Of a stretch of DNA of 62,224 nucleotides, positions 9,402-19,742 are shown one piece after another; positions within the stretch are counted from its first letter, which is position 1, and each line of letters starts with the position of its first letter. Position numbers and translations under genes: made by a program. Below the pieces are notes generated by a model. The model was not told the origin of the DNA. It did not search any database and worked only from the letters and a program-made list of their open reading frames with translations. This stretch comes from a virus (Duplodnaviria > Caudoviricetes), in IMG/VR virus record IMGVR_UViG_3300032291_003678, positions 1 through 62,224 of that record; one strand, 5' to 3'.

Positions 9402-10202
9402 TTAAGCTGCAATAAATTCCTCAGCTAAAGCCCACAATTTAGTGTTCATATCAATGTCTTGAGTAAAATTCTTAACAGCTCTCGCTTTTCTTGTTTTACC
9501 TTTAGCATTCATGTAACCAAAACCACCACTTGTTAGTTTTTCTTGAACACGATTCAATACAACCCAAACATTATTACCAACATCTTCTTTACGTTCAGCC
9601 AATAACAAGCTATTAACTTCATCTGAAGATAATTGTTTTTCTTCACCAAAACGAGCTTCAACTGCTTTTAAAGCAAACTCATATTGTTGTTCAGGTGTCA
9701 TTTCAACTTGTGAAAACTTATTCAAGTTAGCAACTACAGTTGGTAATGTTTCAACTAATTGACTAATGTATACTCTCAAGTCAGCAAATGAATAACCCAT
9801 ATGTCTCATTTTAAAACCACCAAAATCTTGTGATTTAATAACCAAACCATTTTCACATACAAAACGAAACACACCCATTTCAAATTTAACAGCTGTAGAT
9901 CCATCATGTGAATTAATCAATAATAAAGTAGGATGCATATCAGCTTCACCATTTTCATCATTGATAACGATTTCAGGGTTGAAAAACTGAACTAAGTGTT
10001 TCTTAGTAGCAGCATTTTTAGTTCTACTTTTAACAGTTTTAACACTGTACGGGAACCAACCTAATGCTTCCATATCATCAACAATTGTATCTGTTGGAAT
10101 ATGAACATACTTGTCAGTTAATTTAGAACCAACTTTGTGGTTAAAAATTGAAGGAGCCAATGATTTTAATTCTTCTCTTGATAATACTTTTAATGTTTTC
10201 AT
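9402..10202 (-). CDS. DUF932/DUF945-family protein
   Basis: LLLINSHDGSTA...GVFRFVCENGLV motif; likely start MKTLKVLS downstream of promoter at 10231. Confidence 0.85.
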   Translation of the reverse strand: MKTLKVLSREELKSLAPSIFNHKVGSKLTDKYVHIPTDTIVDDMEALGWFPYSVKTVKSRTKNAATKKHLVQFFNPEIVINDENGEADMHPTLLLINSHDGSTAVKFEMGVFRFVCENGLVIKSQDFGGFKMRHMGYSFADLRVYISQLVETLPTVVANLNKFSQVEMTPEQQYEFALKAVEARFGEEKQLSSDEVNSLLLAERKEDVGNNVWVVLNRVQEKLTSGGFGYMNAKGKTRKARAVKNFTQDIDMNTKLWALAEEFIAA

Positions 10203-10396
10203 AACCTTTATTTTTTTAAAATTTCTATACTTAAATATACGAAAGAAAATTTGAGGAGCCAAATTATTTAGCTCCTTTCTCCTTGTAATAGTCTGATTTA
10301 GAGAATTTAGTTGTTGATTGTTCCTTAACAATTTTAGTTTGCCCTAAAGTAGGTAACCAAGCTATTAACTGTTCGTAATGTGATTTGCTGCTGTTT

Positions 10397-10603
10397 TTAC
10401 TCATTTTCTTTATTATTAGTTATTTCTTTTAATCCTCCGTGTTTTAACATCCCGTTTATTCTATTTTCTAATGTAAGCCAATCTTTAATCTGAATACAAT
10501 AAATTAATTGTTCAAATTGAAATTCAGCGCTTGTATTAAACATATCACCTGTCCAATAATCTTCATCTACTTTATATGTTTTACCTTTAAAATTGAATTG
10601 CAT
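10397..10603 (-). CDS. hypothetical protein
   Basis: Coupled to upstream ORF. Confidence 0.6.
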   Translation of the reverse strand: MQFNFKGKTYKVDEDYWTGDMFNTSAEFQFEQLIYCIQIKDWLTLENRINGMLKHGGLKEITNNKENE

Positions 10604-10785
10604 TAGTTTGTGTTTTGAGTACCTGTTTGTTCTAAATATTTGGCTTCAACCAATTCCTTTCTTAATTCTACAATCTTTTTTATATTACCTACACCTACAT
10701 TTTTAATAGCGTTTTGGATAGTTTTATAAATTGAACTATGTGTTTTACCATTGGTTAACACAACTTGATAATATTTTTCAGCCAT
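10603..10785 (-). CDS. hypothetical protein
   Basis: Likely start MAEKYY downstream of promoter at 10801. Confidence 0.6.
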   Translation of the reverse strand: MAEKYYQVVLTNGKTHSSIYKTIQNAIKNVGVGNIKKIVELRKELVEAKYLEQTGTQNTN

Positions 10786-10855
10786 TACTTTTTTATTTGA
10801 TTTAATATACGAAAAAAGGCTCACATAAGCAAGCCTTTAATCAAATATTTTATTA

Positions 10856-11713
10856 TTAGTTTCTATTTAAAAGTATTCCTGAAGTTGCTCCAAATACATT
10901 ATTATGCCCGTATTCAGATGTACCATTATTTGCTCTTATTCTAGCGGTTTCAGCTTTATATAGTTCAAGTAACTTAGGTTGTGATAGTATTTCTTTAGTT
11001 TTAGCATCATATTGTGCTGCTTCATAATTACCCTTAGCTAATGCTACTTTCTTTAATGCTGTTTGTTCAGCTTGTTTTGTTTGTGAGATAATAGTTGCTG
11101 TCTCTTGTAGTACTGCAATCTTTCTTTCAATAGCTGCTTTATATGAGGCTGGTAATGCCATTTTAAGAACTGCAATGTTGTTTAACGTGAAACCCTCTTT
11201 ATCTAAAGCGGCAGTTAATGTTCTAGTTACATTTGCTTCGTACATGTTTCTATGTTGTAATAAACTATCTGAAGCAAATGATACGGCATTATCTAGTAAT
11301 TCTTTCCTAACTATTGTTCTTACTCTTGAATTAACTAAGTCATCCATTCCTACTCTATACTTGATAAATAAGTCAGCTGCTCTTGCTCTTTGTAATTGTA
11401 AGTTAATTGACACATCTAACCCGAATGTGGCTCCATCTGCTGATGTTACATCAATATGTTCATCTGCTTGTGAATCCTCATCTCCTGTTGCTGACCATAC
11501 TTTATGTTGTACTGATGTTGGATACATAAATACATCTTGTGTTGGTGGGAAATAGAAAATAAACCCTGATGCCATTTCAATGTTAGGAACACCTTTATTG
11601 GTTCCGATTTGATCTACTACTAATGCTACTTCTGCCGAATCGGCAATTTTACATGATCCTGCTAATCCTAATCCTAATAAGATTACTGCTACTGCTACTA
11701 AAATTTTGTTCAT
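10856..11713 (-). CDS. SPFH/band 7/prohibitin domain membrane protein
   Basis: N-terminal TM, TSADGATFGLDVSI core, LPASYKAAIERK plus Ala/Gln/Glu-rich coiled coil. Confidence 0.85.
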   Translation of the reverse strand: MNKILVAVAVILLGLGLAGSCKIADSAEVALVVDQIGTNKGVPNIEMASGFIFYFPPTQDVFMYPTSVQHKVWSATGDEDSQADEHIDVTSADGATFGLDVSINLQLQRARAADLFIKYRVGMDDLVNSRVRTIVRKELLDNAVSFASDSLLQHRNMYEANVTRTLTAALDKEGFTLNNIAVLKMALPASYKAAIERKIAVLQETATIISQTKQAEQTALKKVALAKGNYEAAQYDAKTKEILSQPKLLELYKAETARIRANNGTSEYGHNNVFGATSGILLNRN

Positions 11714-11751
11714 AACTACTCTTGTTTAAATTTAATGGTTTTTAATTGTTT

Positions 11752-12123
11752 TTATTTTAATCCTAATTTCTCTCTCTTTGTTGTTGTGTATGATGAGGCA
11801 GAGATTTTTTCCTCAAACATTTGTTTAATTTTACTTGCTGACTTATACCAAATTGGTACTACACCTACATTAGCTATATAGTATGGGAATAAAAGACTGT
11901 ATTCTGTTTGACATATGTTAGGGGCATTTGATCTGAAAGATGCTTTGAGTGCAAACTTGTCGTTCCATTTTCTCTCTAAACCGTAATCTACTTTATGCTT
12001 TTCTAACATCTCCAAGATGTCTAAATCTTTGGCAGGAGTTTCGAATTCAAATAAATTAATAGATTCCACCACTATCCATACTACTAAACCTAAAATTAGC
12101 AATATAATTAAAAATACTATCAT
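11752..12123 (-). CDS. membrane-anchored hypothetical protein
   Basis: N-terminal TM. Confidence 0.7.
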   Translation of the reverse strand: MIVFLIILLILGLVVWIVVESINLFEFETPAKDLDILEMLEKHKVDYGLERKWNDKFALKASFRSNAPNICQTEYSLLFPYYIANVGVVPIWYKSASKIKQMFEEKISASSYTTTKREKLGLK

Positions 12124-12125
12124 AA

Positions 12126-12374
12126 CTACTCTTGTTTATTTTGTTTAACTTTTTTACTGTCTCTGTATTCTGATATTAGATCACAAGCATGCCATCCACA
12201 TTTTCCGGCAAATATAATTGACGATGTAGTTAATGCTAAGGATATTAACATTCCAAGTACTGTGTATATAGTATTTGGTTGATTCATTAATCGTAATCCT
12301 ATAGGAAGTATTAGTAGAGATGTAACCCATCCTATAAAAAATCCAAGTGTTTTTAAAATTGTTTTTGTTTTCAT
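12126..12374 (-). CDS. small membrane protein
   Basis: 2 TM segments. Confidence 0.65.
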   Translation of the reverse strand: MKTKTILKTLGFFIGWVTSLLILPIGLRLMNQPNTIYTVLGMLISLALTTSSIIFAGKCGWHACDLISEYRDSKKVKQNKQE

Positions 12375-12405
12375 AATTACTTTTTGATTTTACTTATACC
12401 TTAAA

Positions 12406-12600
12406 TTAGTTAATATAAAAGTTCAAGACTCCTATACAGATTACAAACTCTACAATACCTACAATAACAGCTAGTCCTTGTTGTGGACCTTTACTATTAT
12501 TTAATAAATCTCTAAACATCCAATTTATTAGATGTGTCATTACTGTATGAAATAGAAATACTATTATAACTATCCCTAATACTGGAACTGTTACTACCAT
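12406..12600 (-). CDS. small membrane protein
   Basis: 2 TM segments. Confidence 0.6.
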   Translation of the reverse strand: MVVTVPVLGIVIIVFLFHTVMTHLINWMFRDLLNNSKGPQQGLAVIVGIVEFVICIGVLNFYIN

Positions 12601-13046
12601 TACTTTTTGATTTTAAAATTACCTAATTTTGCTACAAGTTCTTCCATTGTGTATTCAGGAATTGTTTCTTCTTCTATTTCTTTGGCATATTTCCAAGCAG
12701 TAGTTTCTGTTTTATCTAAAACTTCTTTATCTGTTTCTGCATAATTCCAAGCAATAAACTTTCCACACTTTTCAACAAATACAAATCTTTTATACCAATC
12801 TACCTTATTATAACTAACCATCATCCATTTACCTTGATTTGCTATAAAAGGATTACTTACAAATAGTGTTGGTAATGTATGGTGAGAGTCTAATATACCA
12901 TCTAATGTGTATGATGAAGAAGAATCATCATTTCTTATTGCTATAATTGGATAATAACCACAATTCTTAACTGATGTTATTGTTACCTCACCATACCTTA
13001 CATCAAAGGCTTTATCGCCTACTTTTAAATCTTTTAATGTTTTCAT
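12600..13046 (-). CDS. hypothetical phage protein
   Basis: Likely start MKTLKDLKVGD. Confidence 0.7.
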   Translation of the reverse strand: MKTLKDLKVGDKAFDVRYGEVTITSVKNCGYYPIIAIRNDDSSSSYTLDGILDSHHTLPTLFVSNPFIANQGKWMMVSYNKVDWYKRFVFVEKCGKFIAWNYAETDKEVLDKTETTAWKYAKEIEEETIPEYTMEELVAKLGNFKIKK

Positions 13047-13047
13047 A

Positions 13048-13242
13048 TTATTTACTTGAATTTTTAAACAAAATACTAAATAGGAAATTAATCCCCAATG
13101 CTTGCCAGAATGTAATTGGATGAACTCCATCTACTGCCCCGATAAGGCTGTTGTTCCAAAGCCATTGTACAGGCCAAGCCAATAATACACATGCTACAAA
13201 TAGTAGTGCCATTGCACCTAAAAATACTCCTAATTTTTCCAT
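13048..13242 (-). CDS. small membrane protein (WLWN...ITFWQA type)
   Basis: Likely start MEKLGV downstream of promoter at 13268. Confidence 0.7.
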   Translation of the reverse strand: MEKLGVFLGAMALLFVACVLLAWPVQWLWNNSLIGAVDGVHPITFWQALGINFLFSILFKNSSK

Positions 13243-13300
13243 AACTTTTATTGTTTTATTATTATACTTAAATATACGAAAACCTACTTTAAAACCCAAA

Positions 13301-13567
13301 TTAATCGTTAGGTCTTCTTGCAGAAATCCAATTATGCTCTACTATTTTATTTTTAGGAAACAGCGATTTATTAGCACGTCTATTAGTAGCATAATGGTAT
13401 AATGGTCCATTATAGTCAACGTTGTTTATACGTCGTTTTCCGTTGAATGAACGAAATTCTCGCGATGTAACTCGATACCAACCATTTAAGTTTGGCATAA
13501 ACAATTCTAAATTAGCAGCAGTATTAAAATCATATTTGATTTTTTCTGTATTACCAGTTTTCTCCAT
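13301..13567 (-). CDS. hypothetical phage protein
   Basis: WYRVTSREFRSFNGKRRI motif. Confidence 0.7.
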   Translation of the reverse strand: MEKTGNTEKIKYDFNTAANLELFMPNLNGWYRVTSREFRSFNGKRRINNVDYNGPLYHYATNRRANKSLFPKNKIVEHNWISARRPND

Positions 13568-13672
13568 AACTTACATACGGTTTATTTGCTCTTGTATTAA
13601 ACCATCTCTCCATTGTTGAATGTATATTTCTTCTTCTGAGAGTAAGGATTGTAATTCCTCTTCTGTCATAAC

Positions 13673-13897
13673 TTATTTAATATTTTTTATACAAAGGTCT
13701 AAACATGCTTCTTTCATCTTATCTCTTGCAGGATAGTTGTACCTAGCATCTTCCTCATATGATCCTGCTAATTCAAAATCCTCTGCTGAGGTATATTTAG
13801 ATGCTCTATGTTCTATTCCTTCAGGGATAAACTTTAGCATTCCTTCATAATCATCTTCCTTAATGTAAGTAAGTAGTAATTTTAAATCTAATTCCAT
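13673..13897 (-). CDS. hypothetical protein
   Basis: Own promoter (13917). Confidence 0.65.
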   Translation of the reverse strand: MELDLKLLLTYIKEDDYEGMLKFIPEGIEHRASKYTSAEDFELAGSYEEDARYNYPARDKMKEACLDLCIKNIK

Positions 13898-13964
13898 AAC
13901 TTATTTTTTCTTATACTTAAATATACGAAAAAAGGCTTGAAAAATCCAAGCCTATCTATACTTT

Positions 13965-14216
13965 TTAACCTATGAATGCCTTTAACTGTTCTACACTCAT
14001 AACACCTGATTGTTTACGAATATCTCCATTCTCATCAATTACTACTGTGGTAGGTACATTTCTAATCCCATGTTCCAATATTCTTGGATCACCACTAGAG
14101 GCATCTATTGATTGAAATTGAACTCCTGAGGTTTGTGATGCTACTTGTTGAAATGCCGGTGTGTATGTTTGACATGGCATACAATTGTTGGTATAGTATT
14201 TAATTACTGTCTTCAT
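13965..14216 (-). CDS. thioredoxin-family protein
   Basis: CMPC active site; cis-Pro motif GIRNVPT. Confidence 0.9.
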   Translation of the reverse strand: MKTVIKYYTNNCMPCQTYTPAFQQVASQTSGVQFQSIDASSGDPRILEHGIRNVPTTVVIDENGDIRKQSGVMSVEQLKAFIG

Positions 14217-14662
14217 TTAATTTTTCTTTAAATATTCTGAAATTATTTTGATTATTAAATTTTTATTCATATCACATCCCAATGGAACAGATATTTCTTT
14301 GTTTTCATTGTTAGTGTGGGGTTGAATACTATTAACATTTTGATCAACCAACCCTACAATTATTTCTATATCTAATTCCGGGTATTTACCCTTCATATGG
14401 TTTATAAATTCATTTTCCATAATTATTCTTCTATTTCGGCGTCTTGTATTGTTTGTACTAATAAAAATTGTTCGTTGTGTTTTAAAACGTGATCACACCC
14501 TAAATGATCCCTCCATGCTCTAAGTACTTCCATGTTGATACTTTTATTTTTGTTTTCAAAATTATGAAAAGCCATAGTGCGTATAACAACATAGAGTTTA
14601 TCGTTGTATTTAAATAATTGTTTCATGGCGTATATATGGAGGGATATAAGTAGGGGTGGGTA

Positions 14663-14866
14663 TTAAATTACTTGTAAAATTTTAGTTTCTTTAACACTTT
14701 TAACTTGGAAATCAATGCTTCCACCTTCATTTTCATACATTTTAGTAACTTTTACTTCTGCATCTGTTACGCTTACTGCATCTACTAAATACTGTTCGGT
14801 AATTTTTGTTTGTTTACCTTTTTCATTGAAGTCTACAATAGACACGTTTGCTAAAAAATAACTCAT
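14663..14866 (-). CDS. DUF4494-family protein
   Basis: EQYLVDAVSVTDAEVKV...VKSVKETKI, a Bacteroidota-type motif. Confidence 0.75.
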   Translation of the reverse strand: MSYFLANVSIVDFNEKGKQTKITEQYLVDAVSVTDAEVKVTKMYENEGGSIDFQVKSVKETKILQVI

Positions 14867-14873
14867 TTTTAAT

Positions 14874-15182
14874 TTAATTTAAGGTTTCTAATAATTTTTT
14901 TACTTTAATACACATTTCATAATCTTCTACTTCCTCGAAGTATACTAATCCCATTTCTAAAGCAGGTTCCCATTCATCTTCATTAACTGTTAAAATAACT
15001 TCATCCATTTCTTCATCATCAGTTAAGGTAACAATAAATAGATCAACCATTGAGATTTTTTTACTTTTTTTCCAAAGATGATTTAGCATCTCATAAGTTT
15101 GAATATGAATAACCTCTGGGTGTGATTCAGTATATTCAATTAAAGCGTCTGTATCTTTTAATGTTAATTTTTTGGTTTTCAT
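14874..15182 (-). CDS. hypothetical protein with UVR-like C-terminus
   Basis: EDYEMCIKVKK motif. Confidence 0.65.
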   Translation of the reverse strand: MKTKKLTLKDTDALIEYTESHPEVIHIQTYEMLNHLWKKSKKISMVDLFIVTLTDDEEMDEVILTVNEDEWEPALEMGLVYFEEVEDYEMCIKVKKLLETLN

Positions 15183-15542
15183 TTATTTGGTTTTACGAGG
15201 TTTTCTTATTTTAGGTCGGTCTTCAGGATAGTGATTATAAAATATTTCACATAACTCCTTTTCTAAGGTTTCAATTGCTTCCTTATCTGCTTTAGTAATA
15301 CGAATTTTTCTTTCGTTTTTCTTAGGCTCATATTTGATTTTTAAAGCACTTAATTGTGCTTCTTTTTTATCAAATGTAGCCCATTCAGGAGATTTAATTT
15401 CAACTGATAATGGACCATTGGAGTGTTTGGTTTTATCCCAAATCCAAGTAAATGTTTCACCATTGTGATCCTTAAATTCTTGTGTGTATTGTAAAATAGG
15501 AGTATCGTTTTCTGCTATTCTACCTCGTCTTTCTACTTTCAT
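15183..15542 (-). CDS. hypothetical protein
   Basis: Promoter at 15546 immediately upstream. Confidence 0.65.
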   Translation of the reverse strand: MKVERRGRIAENDTPILQYTQEFKDHNGETFTWIWDKTKHSNGPLSVEIKSPEWATFDKKEAQLSALKIKYEPKKNERKIRITKADKEAIETLEKELCEIFYNHYPEDRPKIRKPRKTK

Positions 15543-15565
15543 AACCTTAATATACGAAAAAAATT

Positions 15566-15991
15566 TTACTTAGCCAAACTTTTTACTTCTTTTATATGCT
15601 TACATTCTCTGTCCTTAGCTCTCCATACTCCTGGACAATTACAAGTGTATTTGAATCCATTTCGTTTAGTAACATATTCTCCATCTCCACTTGATGATTT
15701 GAATTTCCAAGTATCAATTTCTTTTACTTGTTCTTGTTTTGATATTTTTTGTGTCCATTTTATATCACTCAATTCAGTATTTGGGTGACATGGTATCCAA
15801 CCGGGAACAATATATCTACCACTAAGTGTATTTACTATACTTGGTGGAATTAAAGATTCAATTTGGTATTTGTGTACTTGAACTATAGATGTTTTTACAT
15901 TGGGGTTATCTATAGTAATAGCAGTATTAGAATATACTGTATAATCTTCCATAAAACCACAATTCCAAGTATTTGAAACATTGTATAACAT
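15566..15991 (-). CDS. SWIM zinc-finger protein
   Basis: YTCNCPG...ECKHI (CxC...CxH). Confidence 0.8.
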   Translation of the reverse strand: MLYNVSNTWNCGFMEDYTVYSNTAITIDNPNVKTSIVQVHKYQIESLIPPSIVNTLSGRYIVPGWIPCHPNTELSDIKWTQKISKQEQVKEIDTWKFKSSSGDGEYVTKRNGFKYTCNCPGVWRAKDRECKHIKEVKSLAK

Positions 15992-16051
15992 AACCTTTCT
16001 TTTTTAAATTTATACTTAAATATACGAAAGAAATTTTAAATATCCAAATTT

Positions 16052-16732
16052 TTAGTCATTGTATGATATAAAATCATCATTTTTATCTTTATCATCGTTT
16101 TCGTCTAATAAATTCAATGATTTGAATTGCTCATACATTGCATCATCCATTTCCCATTTAACTTCTTGGATTTTAGGTATTTCATAAGTATCTTCTATAC
16201 CTTGTATTTGTTTAGGTGTAAATATGTCTCCAATAGTTAAATAATAACAATTGTAACATAAAAATTCTAAATTTTCTTGTTTCCAATCTCGTTTATTTCC
16301 ATTTTTAAAATTAACTAGTAATGGTACTCTATAATCAGATACACGTTGTTCCTTAAATCCACAACAAGTGCATTCTTCAGCTAATATAGCTTCTTGAATT
16401 AATCTACGTTTGAATTTATCTATACTAAAGGATTCGGTGTATAATTCTCCTGATAATATTTTTTGTAGGTCAGGATCTCTACCATGATGTTTTAAAAATT
16501 TAGGGATACCTTTACCCACTTGATTTTTATGAACATCAAATAGTGTTGGTGAGTTAAGATCGTTATCGTCTACTCTGAATGATTTGAAATATGGTTTAAT
16601 GTGTTGGTAGGAACAGTTTAAGTATCGAGCTGCTGCTCTAATACTTTTAGTAACCTTCATTGCACGTAACAAATCTTCTTTTGAGTATATTTTTGGTTTG
16701 GGACCCTTACGAAAATCATTTGGATGAGCCAT
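16052..16732 (-). CDS. HTH plus degenerate HNH-like zinc-binding protein
   Basis: SIRAAARYLNCSY HTH; CxxCG...NGNKRDWKQENLEFLCYNC. Confidence 0.65.
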   Translation of the reverse strand: MAHPNDFRKGPKPKIYSKEDLLRAMKVTKSIRAAARYLNCSYQHIKPYFKSFRVDDNDLNSPTLFDVHKNQVGKGIPKFLKHHGRDPDLQKILSGELYTESFSIDKFKRRLIQEAILAEECTCCGFKEQRVSDYRVPLLVNFKNGNKRDWKQENLEFLCYNCYYLTIGDIFTPKQIQGIEDTYEIPKIQEVKWEMDDAMYEQFKSLNLLDENDDKDKNDDFISYND

Positions 16733-16737
16733 ATAAC

Positions 16738-17166
16738 TTATTTTTCATTTAGAAAATCGGGTATTATTTGAGATAAATAATTATAAAGATCTTCAGCGGT
16801 TTTTAGAAATACTTCTACTTCAGTTCCATCTTCTTTAGTTTCAATCAAGTAATTTATTGTACCATCTAAATTGGTACGTTCATATAGATAGAATGTAATT
16901 AATTCATATACATTCGTCCCCCAAGTTAATAACATTAATTTATCTATAACTCCATAGAATGGCTCTTCATATTCGAATAAATCTAATCCAAATTCACTTT
17001 GTAATCGAGCAGACTTATTAAGTGCTTTTTCATATTGCTCTATAAGTGATATAAATAGAATTTTCTTTTTGAATGCCTTATTTCGTCTTTGTTTTTTAAT
17101 TAAAACTGGAGAATTAAGCAGTTGTTCAAAGGCTTCGTGAAGGCTATTTTGTAGGTTGAGATCCAT
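16738..17166 (-). CDS. hypothetical protein
   Basis: 142-aa ORF in operon. Confidence 0.7.
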   Translation of the reverse strand: MDLNLQNSLHEAFEQLLNSPVLIKKQRRNKAFKKKILFISLIEQYEKALNKSARLQSEFGLDLFEYEEPFYGVIDKLMLLTWGTNVYELITFYLYERTNLDGTINYLIETKEDGTEVEVFLKTAEDLYNYLSQIIPDFLNEK

Positions 17167-17512
17167 TTTTTTCTAATTCTTTATATAAACTATCAATTTG
17201 GGAACATTTACGATAATCCTCTATTCTAATAAAGTATTCTAATGAAGCTTTTAGTGTAGGTAAGTAATTATCTTTAGTTATTACTATGTTAGCCTCTAGT
17301 TGCGGAATAGCACATACCGTAAATTCTTTTTTGTTGTCTTTAATAGCATGTTTCATCCCGTCTACAACGTTTTCAAATATAGAATGTTGTACTTTAGGAG
17401 CAAAAAGGGTATCTAAAATACCCCTTGTACTATACTCCTTTAATAATATGTTAGGCAGGTGTCTCTTCATTATCGGAACTTTTTGGTTGGGCTTCTCCTT
17501 CCATACTTCCAC
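17144..17512 (-). CDS. hypothetical protein with UVR-like C-terminus (start uncertain)
   Basis: YFIRIEDYRKCSQI; resembles the C-terminus of 14874..15182. Confidence 0.6.
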   Translation of the reverse strand: MEVWKEKPNQKVPIMKRHLPNILLKEYSTRGILDTLFAPKVQHSIFENVVDGMKHAIKDNKKEFTVCAIPQLEANIVITKDNYLPTLKASLEYFIRIEDYRKCSQIDSLYKELEKNGSQPTK

Positions 17513-17876
17513 CTAATACTTTATCTTTGATAAAAGTAAATACTGAATCTAGTGGGATTTGGAAGTTAGCAGCCATTTTGTCAGGTGCGTCTGTATCTCT
17601 ATCAAATTCTAAACCATAGTCAACGAATTTTTTAGATACTGCTGTTGATATTGAACTTTGTAGTGTATCAACTTCTTCAGGTGTTAAGTTAGTTAATACT
17701 TCTCCGTTTTCGTTTACAGGGAAAAATTTAACTTTAATACCTTTTTTGGTTGGGTTTTTATTTACATCTACTACTACTTTAAAGCTTTCACCACCAATAG
17801 TAGCGTTATAGTTTAATTCACCTTCTTCTTTAAGAAGTTCTTCGTTTAAGAAGAAATCACGTAATTTGAATTCCAT
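17451..17876 (-). CDS. hypothetical protein, possible internal head protein
   Basis: N-terminal FKLRDFFLNEELLKE; upstream ATATTTAT. Confidence 0.6.
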   Translation of the reverse strand: MEFKLRDFFLNEELLKEEGELNYNATIGGESFKVVVDVNKNPTKKGIKVKFFPVNENGEVLTNLTPEEVDTLQSSISTAVSKKFVDYGLEFDRDTDAPDKMAANFQIPLDSVFTFIKDKVLGGSMEGEAQPKSSDNEETPA

Positions 17877-17908
17877 ATTGTTAATTTTGGTATAAATATT
17901 AAAGGATA

Positions 17909-18766
17909 TTAAAAAATTTCATATTCAATTTCAATATCTGATAGACCCCAATTATCTTCATTTTTACTTTGAGTAAAATTTTCAACCCATTCCCAAGCAT
18001 CATTATAATGTTGTTTTGATGGAGAAGAACCATCATTTCCCATTCCTGTATGAGATAAATGATATACAGGCAAATTAAAATTAGCCTTTATATTAAATCC
18101 ATTTAATACTGCCTTTTTCTGTACATTCGTATCATTAAAGCAAGCATATATCATTTGTTCCTCAAATCCCTTTATACTATGCCATATATCTTTATGAGCA
18201 AATTGAAAATCACCACAACAATTAATTAAACTATATTCGTCATTTGGTGTCACTTTAGCAGGATAATATATAGGTTGAACTTCAATATCTATTTTATCTC
18301 TAAAACTTCTCCAATTATCAAATCCAACTTTTTCCAATTCAGAATATTCAATATCTCTTCTAGCTACTGAGTAAAATGTATTTTTGTCTATGTTAGATAT
18401 AAAATCATGGAGATATTCTTTTTTAGGTGCAATTATATCCATTGTGGAGCATACTATCCAGTCAGCAGTGCATCTTCTAAGCATTAGGTTTTGAGAGATA
18501 ACTCCATTAAAGGGGCTTACATTAGGGTTAAAATTAGATAAAATTTTTGCTATATGTTCTTCAATAATAAAATGTCTAATTTTACCAGTTTTGGGTATTT
18601 GGTCTTCTAATTCCCATAACAGAGGTTTTTTACCTATTGGGGTATTCCAATCACAAAACCAAACTTCATCAAACGTTTCTATCATAGAGGTTAAACATGT
18701 TACAATTCTTTCATTTTCTTTATAACCATCATTTCTACACCCTAATAATATCGCTGTTTTTTCCAT
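17909..18766 (-). CDS. putative GT-A fold glycosyltransferase
   Basis: RNDGY, DWNT, GDFQ, IKGFEE, HLSH motifs. Confidence 0.65.
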   Translation of the reverse strand: MEKTAILLGCRNDGYKENERIVTCLTSMIETFDEVWFCDWNTPIGKKPLLWELEDQIPKTGKIRHFIIEEHIAKILSNFNPNVSPFNGVISQNLMLRRCTADWIVCSTMDIIAPKKEYLHDFISNIDKNTFYSVARRDIEYSELEKVGFDNWRSFRDKIDIEVQPIYYPAKVTPNDEYSLINCCGDFQFAHKDIWHSIKGFEEQMIYACFNDTNVQKKAVLNGFNIKANFNLPVYHLSHTGMGNDGSSPSKQHYNDAWEWVENFTQSKNEDNWGLSDIEIEYEIF

Positions 18767-18770
18767 AAAT

Positions 18771-19742
18771 TTACTTTTTATAATAATTTAACCAATACTC
18801 AATCATTTCATCTAGCATAGTTTCAAAAGTATAAGTAGGTTCCCATCCAGTTAATTGTTTTAATTTAGTAGAATCTCCTTTTAAATCATTTAATTCTTCA
18901 GGTCTAAGATATTTTTCATCTTGTACAACATATAACTTCCAATCTAAATTTAATGATGAAAAAACATATTCACATAATTCTTTTACTGAATGAGATATAC
19001 CTGTAGCACATACATAATCATCTGAATGGGTTTGTTGAAGTATTTCCCACATAGCTTTAACATAATCTTTGGCATGTCCCCAGTCTCTTGTAGCTTCTAA
19101 ATTACCTAATTTAAGGTTATCAGATAATCCTAATTTGATTTTAACAGCTTCTTTTACTACTTTATTAGTCACGAAATTAGTTCCTCTACGAGGGGATTCA
19201 TGATTGAATAAAATACCATTAGAAATAAACATTCCATAAGAATTTCTATAATTACGACAAATATTATAACTAAAAACTTTAGCACACCCATAAGGGGATA
19301 CAGGATTAAGTTGGGTTGTTTCTCTTTGAAATCCATCTTCATCTATAGTGTTCCCAAACATTTCTGATGATGAGGCTTGATAGATTTTGATATTGGGTTT
19401 AATTAATCTAACAGCCTCTAGTAAATTTAAAGTACCTATTCCAGTTGCTTGGGAGGTATAAACAGGTTGATCAAATGATATAGCAACGTGAGATTGTGCT
19501 CCTAAATTATAAATCTCATCAGGCATATATTTAGTAATAATTCTTACTAAAGAAGCCATATCTGTTAAATCAGCATATTCTAATTTAATTTTAGTAAAAA
19601 CACTATCTAACCTAAAAGTTTGATTTTCAGCTACTGAATTTCGTTTTAAGGTTCCTATTACTTCATATCCTTTTTCTATTAAAAGTTCAGCTAAATAAGA
19701 CCCATCTTGTCCATTAATACCCGTTATTATGGCTTTTTTCAT
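18771..19742 (-). CDS. gmd: GDP-mannose 4,6-dehydratase
   Basis: ITGINGQDGSYLAE, YNLGAQSHV, SPYGCAK, NHESPRRG, RDWGHAKDYV. Confidence 0.97.
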   Translation of the reverse strand: MKKAIITGINGQDGSYLAELLIEKGYEVIGTLKRNSVAENQTFRLDSVFTKIKLEYADLTDMASLVRIITKYMPDEIYNLGAQSHVAISFDQPVYTSQATGIGTLNLLEAVRLIKPNIKIYQASSSEMFGNTIDEDGFQRETTQLNPVSPYGCAKVFSYNICRNYRNSYGMFISNGILFNHESPRRGTNFVTNKVVKEAVKIKLGLSDNLKLGNLEATRDWGHAKDYVKAMWEILQQTHSDDYVCATGISHSVKELCEYVFSSLNLDWKLYVVQDEKYLRPEELNDLKGDSTKLKQLTGWEPTYTFETMLDEMIEYWLNYYKK

